Shown here: piece by piece, positions 16,011 to 26,192 of the stretch | Position numbering within the stretch: the first letter of the stretch is position 1 | Layout of the letters: each line of letters opens with the position of its first letter | Source of the DNA: an uncultured Actinomycetes bacterium | GTDB lineage: Bacteria > Actinomycetota > Thermoleophilia > RBG-16-64-13 | DNA: 64,000 nt | Direction of reading: 5' to 3' | Assembly (NCBI GenBank): GCA_963814415.1 | Contig: CAWFCN010000001.1 | Coordinates: 854,529 to 918,528 of the forward strand | Position numbers and translations under genes: made by a program | Notes under the pieces: model-generated | Databases searched by the model: none | Told to the model about the DNA's origin: nothing | The model's input: the letters and a program-made list of their open reading frames with translations, nothing else

Positions 16011-18971
16011 TCAGGGCTGGTGCGGGCCCGGTTTGAGTATCACTCCGCGCTGCTGCTTCCCGCTGATCTTCACCACCAGGGGCTCCGCGAAGCGCAGATG
16101 CCTGACGAACCGCCCTTCGCCCACTGCCGGCTGCGCCTCCAACCACTCCCAATCGAGCACGCCCTCTCCGCACTCGGGGTTGACGGTGAAGTAGCCCACC
16201 TGAAACGAGGTCAGGTTCTGGAAGAAGTGGCTGCCCTGTGAGGGCGTCACTTTGATGTCCTCCAGCCCCGATTCCACGATCACCCGGGCGTTCGAGATCT
16301 GTTCCCAAGTAACGGGGATGCCCAGCCACGGGTCGGCCGACCCCCAGCGTCCCAGCCCGATGAGGATGTAGGGCGCGCCCTCGGCCGCCAACTCGCCGTT
16401 GAAGCGGGCGACTTCCGCGGCTATCTCGCCACTCTTGCTCCTGTCGAAGCGAGAGTGACTGACTGCCACAACGTCGCGAATATGCGTCAGATTGCCGATG
16501 CCGAGCACGCTGTCCGAGCGCACCAGCACCTGGTCAGGCTCCACCTCCCCTAGGTCGAGCTCCTGCAGCTCCCGCGATATCGCCATGGGTCGCATCTGTA
16601 GGAACGCGAAACGCGTGATGCCGCCGCGGTGTTGTCCGAGTTCGACGGCAAACTCTATCTCCACCTCGGTGTTCATGCCCCACCGCCCCAACTCCAGCAG
16701 CCGTTCGAGGGCCGGGAACAGTGGGGAGCCCTGGTACTTGAGAATGGGAGCGAAGCTGACAAGCCGCACGCCTTGGCAGGAGGTGCCGTCACGAACAGCG
16801 TCGTCATCTGGTGAGTAGGTAGAGGCCAGCAACCCCAGGGTGCCGTCGGTCTCGGCTACCGAGAGGGGATAGCGGCGCTCCGTGGGTTCCCCTCTCCCCG
16901 CCTCCATGTCCAGCGCCACAAACTCGCGCTGCGAATTCGCCAGCATATCGTCCACCGTCGAGAAGTGCACCAGATTCTGAGGACACCTGGGGCAGAAAGA
17001 CAGTGCGACTCCTCCGTCCACTACGGTACGGCCAAGACCTAGAGCGACCGTAGCCACCCCGTCGCCGGCGGCTTGTGGAGGGGTGGGGTAGAAGTTGTGC
17101 GAGCGCGCCACCCCGGCGAACGAAGGGTAAAAGCGGTCACCATGCCGCGCACCCGCGACCTTCTGGATGAGCACGGCCATCTTTTCTTCTTCCAGACGGT
17201 AGGCGGCGGCCTTGAAGTAGTTCTTCGCGTAGGTGAGAAAGGTCGAGGCGAAGACCCGCTTGACGGCTCCGATGAGTTGCTCGAGGCGCTCTGCCGGGTC
17301 GGCGTGGTTGTTGGGCAGCATGTAGGTCTTGTAGACCCCTACCAGAGACTGGTACTGGGAGTCCTCCAGCAGGCTGGACGACCGCACCGCCAGGGGATAG
17401 TCCGCAAGCGCGAGAAAGGCCTCCAGCTCTTTCTGGATGTCCGCGGGGAAAGGCGCCGCTTGGAAGCGCTCCTCGATCAGCCCATCGTCTGTGGTCGCCA
17501 TCGCGAACTCGCGCAGTCGGCCCGCCTGCAAGAACTGGTCGAACACGTCCGTGCTCACGACGACGCCCGGCGGGACGGTGATCTCCATGCCCTCGAACTG
17601 CTCGGTCACCCCAAAATCGCGCAAGAGGTGGCGGACGAAGGCGAGCGAGCGCGCCTTCCCTCCCAGCGACCCTTCGCCGATGCGGGCGAAGCTGTTCTCG
17701 GAATCGAAGGTGGCTGCATGGAAATCGGTCACCGACTCACGAGTTCGATCGCGGCTGAAGGCCTCGAGCTGCTCGATGAGGTAGGCGCGGCGGCTCTGGT
17801 CGCCTCCGTAGTCGGCCGTGGTGCGCGGCCGGAGGTGTTGCGCCAGGCGGAACTCCGTGCGCGCTTTGAGCCAACGGGAGAAGTCATTGCGCTCGGCGTG
17901 ATAGTCGATCGCCTCGGCCGGCACCTTGCGAAGAGCCTCCAACATGCTTTTCAGGTCCGCGGCCTGACCGACCTGGGTGCCGTCCGGCAGGCGGAAGATG
18001 AAGTCGCCGAAATGGAAATTGTCGACGACGAACCGGCGGAGATCGGCCAGCAGAGTCGGAGAGCCCTTCAGCAGGAAGTCTGCCCCCACCTCACGGGCCA
18101 GGGTCTCGCTCTCAGCATCGCTCGACTGAAGCAGAACGGGGATGTCTTTCCACGCCTCCCTGACGCGCCGAGCGATATCCATGCCTGCTTGGGGCACCAG
18201 CTCTCCCGCTTTGGGGAACTCGATGTCGGAGATCACCCCCAGCACCTCCTCCTGGTAGGCGGAGAAGTACTCCCAGGCCTCTTCGTACGTCGAGCAAAGC
18301 AAGATCTTGGGACGAGCCCGCATGCGAAGGATCTTGTGAGCGGTGTTTATGCCCTCGGCGATCACGCTCTGCGAATGGCGGATGATCTCTGTGTAGATCA
18401 AGGGCAGGAACGTGGAGTAGTACCTGATGTTGTCTTCGATGAGCAGGATGATCTGCACACCGGCCGCCCCTGCGTCGTAGGCTACGTTGAGTTTGTCCTC
18501 CATGTACTTGGTGATGGCCAGGAGTATGCGAGGGTCGCCCTGCCACAGGAAGGCCCTCTCGATCTCCGAGGTGTCTTCCCGAGTCATGAACTCCGTCAGT
18601 TCGCCCCCGTCATAGGCCAGGATGATCACCGGGATGTCCAGGCCCGCCGCGCGCACCTCATGCGCCAGAGCGGCGGCGTTCATGTCGCCCAGGTTCACGG
18701 CGGTGAGTATCAGGTTGAAGCGGCTGTCCGTCTTGGCCAAGGCCACGGCCTCAGCTCCGCTCGACACGTGGGTGAGGCCGGTGGTGTGGTGGAGATTGAG
18801 CTCCAGGAACTCACCCAACAGAAGTTCGCCCAGCTGGCCGTCTTCCTGCAGGATGAAGGTCTCGTAGGTGCTCGACACCAGGATGATGTTCTCCACCCGG
18901 CGGGCCATCAGATACTGGAAGTCGTACTCGTTCCTCCAGTCGAGTCTGGGCGACTGCGAAGCTTCCGGCAT
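16011..18971 (-). CDS. response-regulator receiver + PEP/pyruvate-binding (PPDK_N ATP-grasp) domain protein, 986 aa
   Basis: The N-terminal pseudo-receiver lacks the acidic pair. A second, apparently competent receiver follows (ILLIEDN ... VISDIEFP ... VLLQSS ... FLLKGS). Then comes GEGSLGGKARSLAF and a long ATP-grasp-like region. I recognised no swivel-His or TIM-barrel PEP domain. Confidence 0.65.
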   Translation of the reverse strand: MPEASQSPRLDWRNEYDFQYLMARRVENIILVSSTYETFILQEDGQLGELLLGEFLELNLHHTTGLTHVSSGAEAVALAKTDSRFNLILTAVNLGDMNAAALAHEVRAAGLDIPVIILAYDGGELTEFMTREDTSEIERAFLWQGDPRILLAITKYMEDKLNVAYDAGAAGVQIILLIEDNIRYYSTFLPLIYTEIIRHSQSVIAEGINTAHKILRMRARPKILLCSTYEEAWEYFSAYQEEVLGVISDIEFPKAGELVPQAGMDIARRVREAWKDIPVLLQSSDAESETLAREVGADFLLKGSPTLLADLRRFVVDNFHFGDFIFRLPDGTQVGQAADLKSMLEALRKVPAEAIDYHAERNDFSRWLKARTEFRLAQHLRPRTTADYGGDQSRRAYLIEQLEAFSRDRTRESVTDFHAATFDSENSFARIGEGSLGGKARSLAFVRHLLRDFGVTEQFEGMEITVPPGVVVSTDVFDQFLQAGRLREFAMATTDDGLIEERFQAAPFPADIQKELEAFLALADYPLAVRSSSLLEDSQYQSLVGVYKTYMLPNNHADPAERLEQLIGAVKRVFASTFLTYAKNYFKAAAYRLEEEKMAVLIQKVAGARHGDRFYPSFAGVARSHNFYPTPPQAAGDGVATVALGLGRTVVDGGVALSFCPRCPQNLVHFSTVDDMLANSQREFVALDMEAGRGEPTERRYPLSVAETDGTLGLLASTYSPDDDAVRDGTSCQGVRLVSFAPILKYQGSPLFPALERLLELGRWGMNTEVEIEFAVELGQHRGGITRFAFLQMRPMAISRELQELDLGEVEPDQVLVRSDSVLGIGNLTHIRDVVAVSHSRFDRSKSGEIAAEVARFNGELAAEGAPYILIGLGRWGSADPWLGIPVTWEQISNARVIVESGLEDIKVTPSQGSHFFQNLTSFQVGYFTVNPECGEGVLDWEWLEAQPAVGEGRFVRHLRFAEPLVVKISGKQQRGVILKPGPHQP

Positions 18972-18986
18972 GTCCCCTTGGGCCCC

Positions 18987-19418
18987 CTATCTATCGCGCG
19001 GCAGCAAGAGCTCGCCCTTGCCGATGATGACCGTCTCACCTTCCTGATTGGTCCACGTGCTCGCAATCAGCAGGCGGCGCTTCTCTTCCACCTTGCCGGT
19101 CACCTCTGAGGTCACGGTGACGGTGTCGCCTATGCGGACGGGCGCCCGAAACGAGACTTCTTGAGAGGTGTGCACCGCGCCCTCACCCCCCAGCTCGGAC
19201 AGCGTCTGCGTCACCAGGCCGGCGACCAGCATGCCGTGCGCTATGCAGCCCCCCCAGCGAGTGCACTTCGCGAACTCCTCGTCCACGTGGATGGGGTTGA
19301 AGTCGCCGGACAGCTCCGCGAAGCCGTTGATGTCGGCCGCGGTGATGGTCCGGCTGGCGCTGGCCCACTCACCCACCCGGATATCTTCGTAGTCACGCTT
19401 GGAACTCACGATCGCCAC
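18987..19418 (-). CDS. MaoC-like (R)-specific enoyl-CoA hydratase / hot-dog fold
   Basis: ADINGFAELSGDFNPIHVDEEFA...IAHGML, 143 aa. Confidence 0.85.
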   Translation of the reverse strand: MAIVSSKRDYEDIRVGEWASASRTITAADINGFAELSGDFNPIHVDEEFAKCTRWGGCIAHGMLVAGLVTQTLSELGGEGAVHTSQEVSFRAPVRIGDTVTVTSEVTGKVEEKRRLLIASTWTNQEGETVIIGKGELLLPRDR

Positions 19419-19424
19419 TTCGCG

Positions 19425-20924
19425 CTACGTTTCATCGGAGGTCACCGCTCCCCTGTATTCGGGGTCGTCCTCACGTCGCAACAGCATAACTGCCGTCAAG
19501 AGCAACAATTGCATGAACAACACCAGCGGGTACTTGTTGCCTATTCCGGTGTGAGGGTAGTTCTGCAGCTCAATGCCCCAAAACTTGGTGGGCACAGTGA
19601 GTCCGGCCATCTCCAGACCCATCAGCCCCAACAACAAGCTCCGCCATATGGGCGAGCCGAGTCTGCTGGCGCCCGGCTCCAGCAGCAACGCCCCCAAGAC
19701 CGCCAGCGGGAACACCATCAGCACGAGCTTGTAGTCCATGCTCACCGCGGGGAGGCTATTCATGAGCGGCACCGAGGCGGCTGCAAGAAGCACGGCCCCT
19801 CTTCGGCTCCACCCTCGCCTCAGAAGCATCAACGCGGTCACCGACCAAAGGGCAATCGGGACAACTAGCAACACGTACTCAACGGACTGCGGTATCCATG
19901 GATAGGTGACATGCAGAGTCTCCGCAAAGCTCCGGGCTGAGTGATTTCCTAGCCACACACCGGAGTTGACCTGCATGTCCACGAGACTACTGCAGAAAGT
20001 CCAGGCGTTCCCGAACCCCGCAGCCAAGAACAGCGCGGCGTTCGACGCTACCACGGGCAATACCGCTCGCCACCTGTAACGCCAGAAGACCACCACTAGG
20101 AGGATGGCCGGATACATCTTGAGGTTGATAGCCACCGCAAGCAGAAAGGCGGCAGGCCATGCGGACTTGGGGAACCGTAGCACCGCCCAGACGGCCAGAA
20201 GCGCAAAGAAGAGCGCGTAGACGTTGATGTTGCCCGTCTCGACCTCAAACAGAAAGCCGTAAGAAGCGAGTAGCCACACCGCGGACGCGGCGAGTAAGGA
20301 CCGGCGACTCTTGTCCGAGAGCCAGGTGGCACTACGACCCAGTTCGACACTCAACAAGACCGTGGCCAGCCCGAGGATCACCAGCACAAGTATCTGGAGG
20401 CGATATCCACGGGCCCAGCTGAAGATCGTGAAGACACGCCCCAAGAGCAGGGTCAAAGGCGGCCACCCACTGTCCGCCACGGAAAAGGCCTCTGCAGGGT
20501 CGTAGAGTCCCGCCCGAAAGTCAGCTCCGGCGGGATCCACCAGCGGTAGCATCGCCGCCCACGCGCGACTCCCGAGCGCCAGTAACGGTACGACCAGACT
20601 CCCGAAGACCGCAGCGACCGCCACCCCCGGCACAAGAACTCGGGGGCTCGCCCAGGCACGGCGAGACCCCAGCGCAACCACGGCCGCCAACACGCAGGCG
20701 ACCAGCAACGGCACGGCAAGACCCAGCCGAGCGACATTGCGACCGGTGGCGCCCCCGTCGATGACGGTCTTGGCAGCTATCACAACGGCCAAGGCTACGC
20801 CCAGTATCACGAGGACAGCTGCGACCCAGACCTCCTTGCGACGGAGCTGGGAGGCTGCGCGGGCGGTCCAACCTGGCTTGACCCTATCCTGGGGTTCCTT
20901 AGGCATGCGCCTGGTCCCCCTCAA
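19425..20924 (-). CDS. polytopic membrane glycosyltransferase, GT-C fold (DUF2029 / GT87-like)
   Basis: About 12 predicted helices and an early periplasmic-loop motif [14 protein letters not shown]. The alternative ATG at 20906 gives an 8-nt overlap with the upstream stop. Confidence 0.6.
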   Translation of the reverse strand: MRGTRRMPKEPQDRVKPGWTARAASQLRRKEVWVAAVLVILGVALAVVIAAKTVIDGGATGRNVARLGLAVPLLVACVLAAVVALGSRRAWASPRVLVPGVAVAAVFGSLVVPLLALGSRAWAAMLPLVDPAGADFRAGLYDPAEAFSVADSGWPPLTLLLGRVFTIFSWARGYRLQILVLVILGLATVLLSVELGRSATWLSDKSRRSLLAASAVWLLASYGFLFEVETGNINVYALFFALLAVWAVLRFPKSAWPAAFLLAVAINLKMYPAILLVVVFWRYRWRAVLPVVASNAALFLAAGFGNAWTFCSSLVDMQVNSGVWLGNHSARSFAETLHVTYPWIPQSVEYVLLVVPIALWSVTALMLLRRGWSRRGAVLLAAASVPLMNSLPAVSMDYKLVLMVFPLAVLGALLLEPGASRLGSPIWRSLLLGLMGLEMAGLTVPTKFWGIELQNYPHTGIGNKYPLVLFMQLLLLTAVMLLRREDDPEYRGAVTSDET

Positions 20925-22029
20925 GTGCCCGCACGGCGCCGTCGAAAGCGGATAGCACCGTGCGCACCTCCGAAAACCGCAGATGCGGCCCCATCGGCAG
21001 ACTCAGAACGGTGTCGGCGAGGCCTTCTGCGAGGGGAAGTGAGTACTTAGTCCGCATTTCGGTGTAGGCTCCTGAAAAGTGAGGGGGAATGGGGTAGTGC
21101 ACCAGGGTGCCGATGCCTGCCGACTCCAGCGCCCTCCTGAGATCCTCCCGGCGGGGATAGCGGATAACGAACAGGTGCCACACCGGTGCAGCCCAGTCGG
21201 GAACGGCCGGAAGAATGACATCATCGATGCTGGCAAGTCCCTGAAGATATTCCCCGGCCAGTTCGGATCGCCGGCTGTTCCACTCGTCCAAGCGGTGGAG
21301 CTTCGCGCGCAGAAAGGCGGCCTGCAGAGGGTCCAGCCGGGAATTGAAACCCTTGACTTCGTTCTCATACTTGGCCCGGGAACCGTAGTTGCGGAGCACC
21401 CGCACGCGGTCGGCCAAGTCGTCGTCGTTGGTGGTGACCGCCCCCGCATCACCCATGGCCCCCAGGTTCTTGCCCGGATAGAACGAGAAGCCGGCGGCAT
21501 CCGCCAGACTCCCGCAGCGGCGGCCTCTATAAGTCGCGCCGTGGGCCTGAGCGGCGTCCTCTACGACCTTGAGTCCATGGCGTCGCGCCACCTCCAGGAT
21601 GGGGTCCATGTCAGCTGGTTGCCCATATAGATGCACCGGCAGGATCGCCTTGGTCTTGGCACTGACGGCTGCTTCGATGCGGTCCGGGTCAATAGTGTAG
21701 TAAGCCGTGATGGGCTCCACAGGAACCGGGGTGGCGCCCACGTGGCTGACAGCCAACCACGTGGCTATGTAGGTGTTAGAGGGGACTATGACCTCGTCGC
21801 CAGGCCCTATGTCCAGGGCGCGCAGGAGCAGATGGAGGGCCTCCAGCCCGTTGGCCACTCCCACGCAGTGCTTGACCCCGCAATACGAAGCCCACTCCTG
21901 CTCTAAAGCCTCCACCTCCCCGCCGAGTATGTACCATCCCGAGTCCATGACTCGTTGGTATGCGGCGTCCAGTGGCTCCTTCAGCTCATGGTAGGCAGCG
22001 CGAAGATCGAGAAAGGGGACCTTGGCCAT
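20899..22029 (-). CDS. DegT/DnrJ/EryC1/StrS-family PLP aminotransferase (dTDP-3-oxo-6-deoxyhexose 3-aminotransferase type)
   Basis: [33 protein letters not shown]... Full-length sugar aminotransferase, directly coupled to an FdtA/QdtA-type isomerase. Confidence 0.9.
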   Translation of the reverse strand: MAKVPFLDLRAAYHELKEPLDAAYQRVMDSGWYILGGEVEALEQEWASYCGVKHCVGVANGLEALHLLLRALDIGPGDEVIVPSNTYIATWLAVSHVGATPVPVEPITAYYTIDPDRIEAAVSAKTKAILPVHLYGQPADMDPILEVARRHGLKVVEDAAQAHGATYRGRRCGSLADAAGFSFYPGKNLGAMGDAGAVTTNDDDLADRVRVLRNYGSRAKYENEVKGFNSRLDPLQAAFLRAKLHRLDEWNSRRSELAGEYLQGLASIDDVILPAVPDWAAPVWHLFVIRYPRREDLRRALESAGIGTLVHYPIPPHFSGAYTEMRTKYSLPLAEGLADTVLSLPMGPHLRFSEVRTVLSAFDGAVRALEGDQAHA

Positions 22030-22442
22030 CAGTCCGAGGCGCTCGCTGCTTTGCGGAACTCCTCATAGTCACGATAGTAATCTGCCTCATAGAAGAACTC
22101 CGAGGCCAGCGCCATACAAACCGATCCCGACGAGAAGTTGTCAATGTCCCGCCAGATCATCGGCGCGATGTAGAGTCCGAAATACGAGCGGTTCAGATGA
22201 AACACGCGGCGGTCGTGGCCGTCGTCCAGGGTCACGTCGAAGCTCCCCGACATGGCGATCAGAAGTTGGTGCAGCGTCTTGTGCGCATGAGCGGCCCTGG
22301 AGGCGCCGCCGGGTACGTCGTACAAGTAGTAGACCCGCTTGATGTCGAACGGCACGTGCCGCGAACTCTCCACAAAGGTCAAGTTGCCTCGCGCGTCTTG
22401 TATCCGCGGCAGGTCGATAATCTTGCAGAGCTCAAGACCCAT
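22029..22442 (-). CDS. dTDP-4-oxo-6-deoxyglucose 3,4-oxoisomerase (FdtA/QdtA, WxcM-like cupin)
   Basis: [10 protein letters not shown]...[36 protein letters not shown], 137 aa. Confidence 0.85.
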   Translation of the reverse strand: MGLELCKIIDLPRIQDARGNLTFVESSRHVPFDIKRVYYLYDVPGGASRAAHAHKTLHQLLIAMSGSFDVTLDDGHDRRVFHLNRSYFGLYIAPMIWRDIDNFSSGSVCMALASEFFYEADYYRDYEEFRKAASASD

Positions 22443-23400
22443 GACTTCCCCAGGCTAGCGGTCCAACTTCGAAGTGATAGAAGTCGTGCACGACGGCCGT
22501 CGCCCCGAACCCCTCTTTGTAGTCTATCAAGCCGACGTTTAGTTCGGTCCCACCTTCCTCGGTGGAGATCCCGAAGTCGAAGTACTTCTTGTCGTGAAAC
22601 ACCGAGGAGATGAGCTCCTCGAAAAGCAGGTCCAGGGCCCCAGTCTCTCTACCCCGCTGACTACTGGCTATGTACTGAGCGTGAGCCACGCAAGGGGTTT
22701 CGTAGATGATCACCCCGGCGCTGACCTCACCGGCTTCTAGGGCCACAAACAACCTGATGGCTGCGGGGAACCGGCTTGCTAGCAGGGTGATCTCCTGCAG
22801 ACTGTGGACAGGCGAGACCCCGTGGCGATTGGAAAGGACCTCCTGAAGTACAGGCCAGAAGGAGGCAAAGTCCGTCGACTCGCACACGGAGATCCCAAGG
22901 TCCCGCGCCCTCTTGACGCTGCGCTGGCGACGCGTCTGAGGCGTAGGCCGAGTGCCAGGCTGGACGGCGGACGAGACGTCACGGCGCGTCAAGGGCGCAC
23001 CCATGCGGAAGAGAGCATACAAGTCATCATCAGACGGTAGGCGGTGGTAGATGTGGGGTATGCACTTGTAGGTAAGCGAGGTGACCCCCACGGCGGCAAA
23101 GTGCGCCAAGGCGGCCTCGAACAGCCCCAGGACTCCATGGGTGCGCGCTTTCAGTCCCAAGACAAGGCCGCCGTACGTCAGCCCACCGTGACTCACAACG
23201 TGATCCCCTACGCGATTGGCAGGAAGAAGCGCCACCAACTGCCTCTCCCCATCGCGAAAGACTAGAGAGGCGTCATCAAAGCGGTCGGCGTGATAGTCCA
23301 TGTAGCCGCGCTCGAGCAGAAAGGTGCCGTTGCGGCTTGCCCGGACGAAGTCGTCCCACTGGTCCTGTAGTCCGGGCCCATAGGGTTCCACCAAGAACAC
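22432..23400 (-). CDS. FemAB-like / GNAT-fold acyl(aminoacyl)transferase
   Basis: 322 aa with a two-lobed GNAT-like layout (WDDFV...GTFLLERGYMDYH...; ...AHAQYIASS..GRETGALDLLF) common in O-antigen/capsule loci. The family assignment is from memory only. Confidence 0.5.
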   Translation of the reverse strand: MFLVEPYGPGLQDQWDDFVRASRNGTFLLERGYMDYHADRFDDASLVFRDGERQLVALLPANRVGDHVVSHGGLTYGGLVLGLKARTHGVLGLFEAALAHFAAVGVTSLTYKCIPHIYHRLPSDDDLYALFRMGAPLTRRDVSSAVQPGTRPTPQTRRQRSVKRARDLGISVCESTDFASFWPVLQEVLSNRHGVSPVHSLQEITLLASRFPAAIRLFVALEAGEVSAGVIIYETPCVAHAQYIASSQRGRETGALDLLFEELISSVFHDKKYFDFGISTEEGGTELNVGLIDYKEGFGATAVVHDFYHFEVGPLAWGSHGS

Positions 23401-23404
23401 GGCT

Positions 23405-24376
23405 TTAGCCCTCCTCCAGCACTGCCACCCCGAATCCAGTCGACCCGTGCCGATTGCCGTTGTAGAACATATAGCGGCGGTCCCGTATGTCGACCACGCA
23501 CGGATAGCAGATCATCTCCGAATCCCATCCCGTATCAGAGGCTGAGATGCCGACCTTCTCATCCCGTCGCTCCCAGCGAACACCGTCGGCCGATTCGGCA
23601 TACCCCATCCTATAAGGCCTACTTCGACTGCGGATGGAATACCACATGCTGTAGGCTGCTGCATCCCTAACCACCCATGGTCTACCCAGCCCGAACTCAT
23701 CACCATCTCCGCCGGCGAGCTCTATCGCCACTCGCCCGTCAGGGACCCAGTGGACACCGTCCGCCGAAGTGGCGCGGCGTATTGCGTACTCAGGGTACGG
23801 TGTGTCACCCACCACGGTCCACGACGACGCCGACGGATACCAGGCCACGAGACCGCCTGCCTCCTCGATTATCGTCATGGCTGATCTAATGAAAGGCTCC
23901 TCAGGGGTCCTATCCAGGATAGGAGTGCGCTGTGTGCGAGTGAAAGACTGCCCGTCATCAGACCGGGCCAGTCCGGCAAAAAGGTGGTAGGGAACGCGGT
24001 GAGAACGCTGCCATCCGATGTAGTACAGACTTGTCACTCCCGCCCGCCGCAGAACGCAAGACGGGTTCACTCCCGAATCGTCAAACGTCCCGGACTCGCC
24101 CAGATCGAGCACCGGCTTCTCGCTAGTGGCCACCACGCGCAGCGGGTTCCCCGCGTCTAGGTCCACGAAGCCCACGCGTCCGTATTTCTCATCATCCAGA
24201 GAGGCAAAGTAGACGCGGATGACGTCGTCGCTCAAGACCTCTACCGTGGGGAGCAAGGCGTAGCTGCGAGCCCACCAGAGACTCCCGTCGGGGGCCCACA
24301 CGCGCCCTAACTTTCGCCATTTCACAGTTGTGCCCGCTTGATCATTCGCCCGACTTCTCGTGCCACAGACCGACAA
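23405..24376 (-). CDS. uncharacterised beta-propeller-like protein (GH32/43/130-superfamily-like)
   Basis: Repeated W/Y-x-G-x-D blade-like segments (VYFASLDD, LYYIGWQR, LARSDDG, MWYSIR, MFYNGN). The start is uncertain (alternative GTG near 24325). Confidence 0.35.
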   Translation of the reverse strand: MSVCGTRSRANDQAGTTVKWRKLGRVWAPDGSLWWARSYALLPTVEVLSDDVIRVYFASLDDEKYGRVGFVDLDAGNPLRVVATSEKPVLDLGESGTFDDSGVNPSCVLRRAGVTSLYYIGWQRSHRVPYHLFAGLARSDDGQSFTRTQRTPILDRTPEEPFIRSAMTIIEEAGGLVAWYPSASSWTVVGDTPYPEYAIRRATSADGVHWVPDGRVAIELAGGDGDEFGLGRPWVVRDAAAYSMWYSIRSRSRPYRMGYAESADGVRWERRDEKVGISASDTGWDSEMICYPCVVDIRDRRYMFYNGNRHGSTGFGVAVLEEG

Positions 24377-24995
24377 CCCTGGTGGCCGACGGCACGTCGC
24401 TGACGACGATGGCTCCTGCCCCCAGTATGCAGTCGTCCCCGACCTCCACGTTGTTGGCGATGGACGAATTCACACCCAGAAAAGCCGATCGGCCCACGTT
24501 GACGAACCCGGAGATGACCACATGAGAAGACACGAACGTATCGTCCTCGATCCTGGAATGGTGCCCAATGTGGTTACCGCTCCAGAGGACTACATCGTCA
24601 CCGATAGAAGCGAACGGCTGCACCACGTTGTTCTCGAAGATGAACACGTGTTCACCCAGGGATACGTTGCGCCAGACAAACGCCCGGGGGCTGATGTACG
24701 ACGCTGGCCTATAGCCCAACTCCTTTGCCGTGTGGTAGAGACGCGCGCGCAAACGGTTACCGTCTGTGTAGGTGAGGGCTGCGTAGAAGGCGTGCTCTGC
24801 CGGGGGGTACAGCGACTGTAGGTCCTCGAAATCAACGACGGGTATCCCGAACAACTCCGAGCGGTGTCGATACGCTCGTTCTACAGCAAAGCCGACGACT
24901 TCGTATTGTGTGTCTACGCTGAAGTATTCGAAGGCTATCTGCGCGAAGGCGCTGTCTCCGATGATAACGAGTCGCGACTCGGTCGGCCCGGCCAT
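24342..24995 (-). CDS. NeuD/PglD/VioB-family sugar N-acyltransferase (left-handed beta-helix)
   Basis: An N-terminal Rossmann-like LVIIGDSAFA is followed by hexapeptide repeats (IGDDVVLWSGNHIGHHSRIEDDTFVSSHVVISGFVNVG). Confidence 0.8.
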   Translation of the reverse strand: MAGPTESRLVIIGDSAFAQIAFEYFSVDTQYEVVGFAVERAYRHRSELFGIPVVDFEDLQSLYPPAEHAFYAALTYTDGNRLRARLYHTAKELGYRPASYISPRAFVWRNVSLGEHVFIFENNVVQPFASIGDDVVLWSGNHIGHHSRIEDDTFVSSHVVISGFVNVGRSAFLGVNSSIANNVEVGDDCILGAGAIVVSDVPSATRVVGLWHEKSGE

Positions 24996-25751
24996 TCACG
25001 GCCTCCGAAAGATCAGGTCTTCTCGGCGGTTAGCCATCGTCAGGTCCGGACTCTGCGGGACGATCCAGGCGTCGAACCCCGCGCTTCGGCCCCGCATCAG
25101 CAGACCAAACACGACGCCGTCATCGATCTTGTCAGGTTCCAACTCGTTGAACACCACCTCAGGCACGGTATCTGTCCCGGTGAACGACCGATGGAAAGCT
25201 CTGCCTGTCTCACTCGAGAAGAACCGTCTGCGCATCGAGACGTTCGGTACATCTCCGATCAGGAGCTCTCCGCCTGGGGCCAACAGCGCAAGGGCCCGGT
25301 CGAGAAAGCTGAACGGGTTAGACTCTGTGATGACGTAGTGGAGGATGCTGTAGGCGATGACTACGTCAACGCGGCCTTGCAGCTCGGATAGGTCCTTGGC
25401 CGTCTCGCCTGGAAAGCACCCAGCGACTTTGCGGACGTGGGGCGAGTCAGCTACCCGTGACAAGACCTCGGTGGAATCCACCAGGACGAGCCGATGTCCC
25501 CTCTCCAGACAGTAGTCGACAAGACGGTGTGAGAGCACGCCGCATCCGCATCCTATGTCGACGACCGTTTGGCTCTGCGCGTTCAGATTGCGAAGCTTAG
25601 CTCGCATGTCGGCTAGAATCGGGCCTTCTTGACCTTCTCGATAGTCGTCCGGAAAGCCGATGCGCTCATGCTCTGATAGCCCCGCCTCGGTCGCAAGAAC
25701 CTTGAAATCCTCGTATCGCAGGCTGGCCAGGCGTTCGGGATCGACAGTCAT
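24996..25751 (-). CDS. class I SAM-dependent methyltransferase
   Basis: VVDIGCGCGVL motif I and LLAPGGELLIGD. Its stop abuts the next start (TGAATG). Confidence 0.75.
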   Translation of the reverse strand: MTVDPERLASLRYEDFKVLATEAGLSEHERIGFPDDYREGQEGPILADMRAKLRNLNAQSQTVVDIGCGCGVLSHRLVDYCLERGHRLVLVDSTEVLSRVADSPHVRKVAGCFPGETAKDLSELQGRVDVVIAYSILHYVITESNPFSFLDRALALLAPGGELLIGDVPNVSMRRRFFSSETGRAFHRSFTGTDTVPEVVFNELEPDKIDDGVVFGLLMRGRSAGFDAWIVPQSPDLTMANRREDLIFRRP

Positions 25752-25790
25752 GGTATGAGCGCTCCTGAGCTGAGTGCCGGAATCGAGGAT

Positions 25791-26192
25791 TCACTCAGGG
25801 GTCGTGCCCTTGTCACCTCGCCCCTTTCGTGTGAGATACCAGCGGTTTAGCAGAAACGTCAGCGGGAGAAGCAGGGTGACATTGATAAACGGGGCAAATC
25901 GCCTGTCGATGCCCAGTTTGTCCACCTCGACTGTCAGCAGCAACAAGCCCAGCCCATACTGCACCAAATAGATCACGGGGTACCCGAACAGCATGAGAAG
26001 CGACCATCTCGTGCGAAAGACGAACCACGTGTTGAGCGAGTATCCAAGGATGATCCCGATGACGAACGAGATTGTGAACGCGGCTCTGTATTCGACCAGT
26101 CGGAGAAGAGCGAGATATAGGACATAAGTCACAACCGTGTTGGTCCCACCCGAGATGACGAAACGCACCCATTCGCTTCTAGAGGACTTCAT
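25791..26192 (-). CDS. GtrA-family membrane protein (polyprenyl-phosphate sugar translocation)
   Basis: 133 aa with four helices and FVISGGTNTVVTYVLY. It overlaps the upstream GT2 gene by 14 nt. Confidence 0.8.
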   Translation of the reverse strand: MKSSRSEWVRFVISGGTNTVVTYVLYLALLRLVEYRAAFTISFVIGIILGYSLNTWFVFRTRWSLLMLFGYPVIYLVQYGLGLLLLTVEVDKLGIDRRFAPFINVTLLLPLTFLLNRWYLTRKGRGDKGTTPE

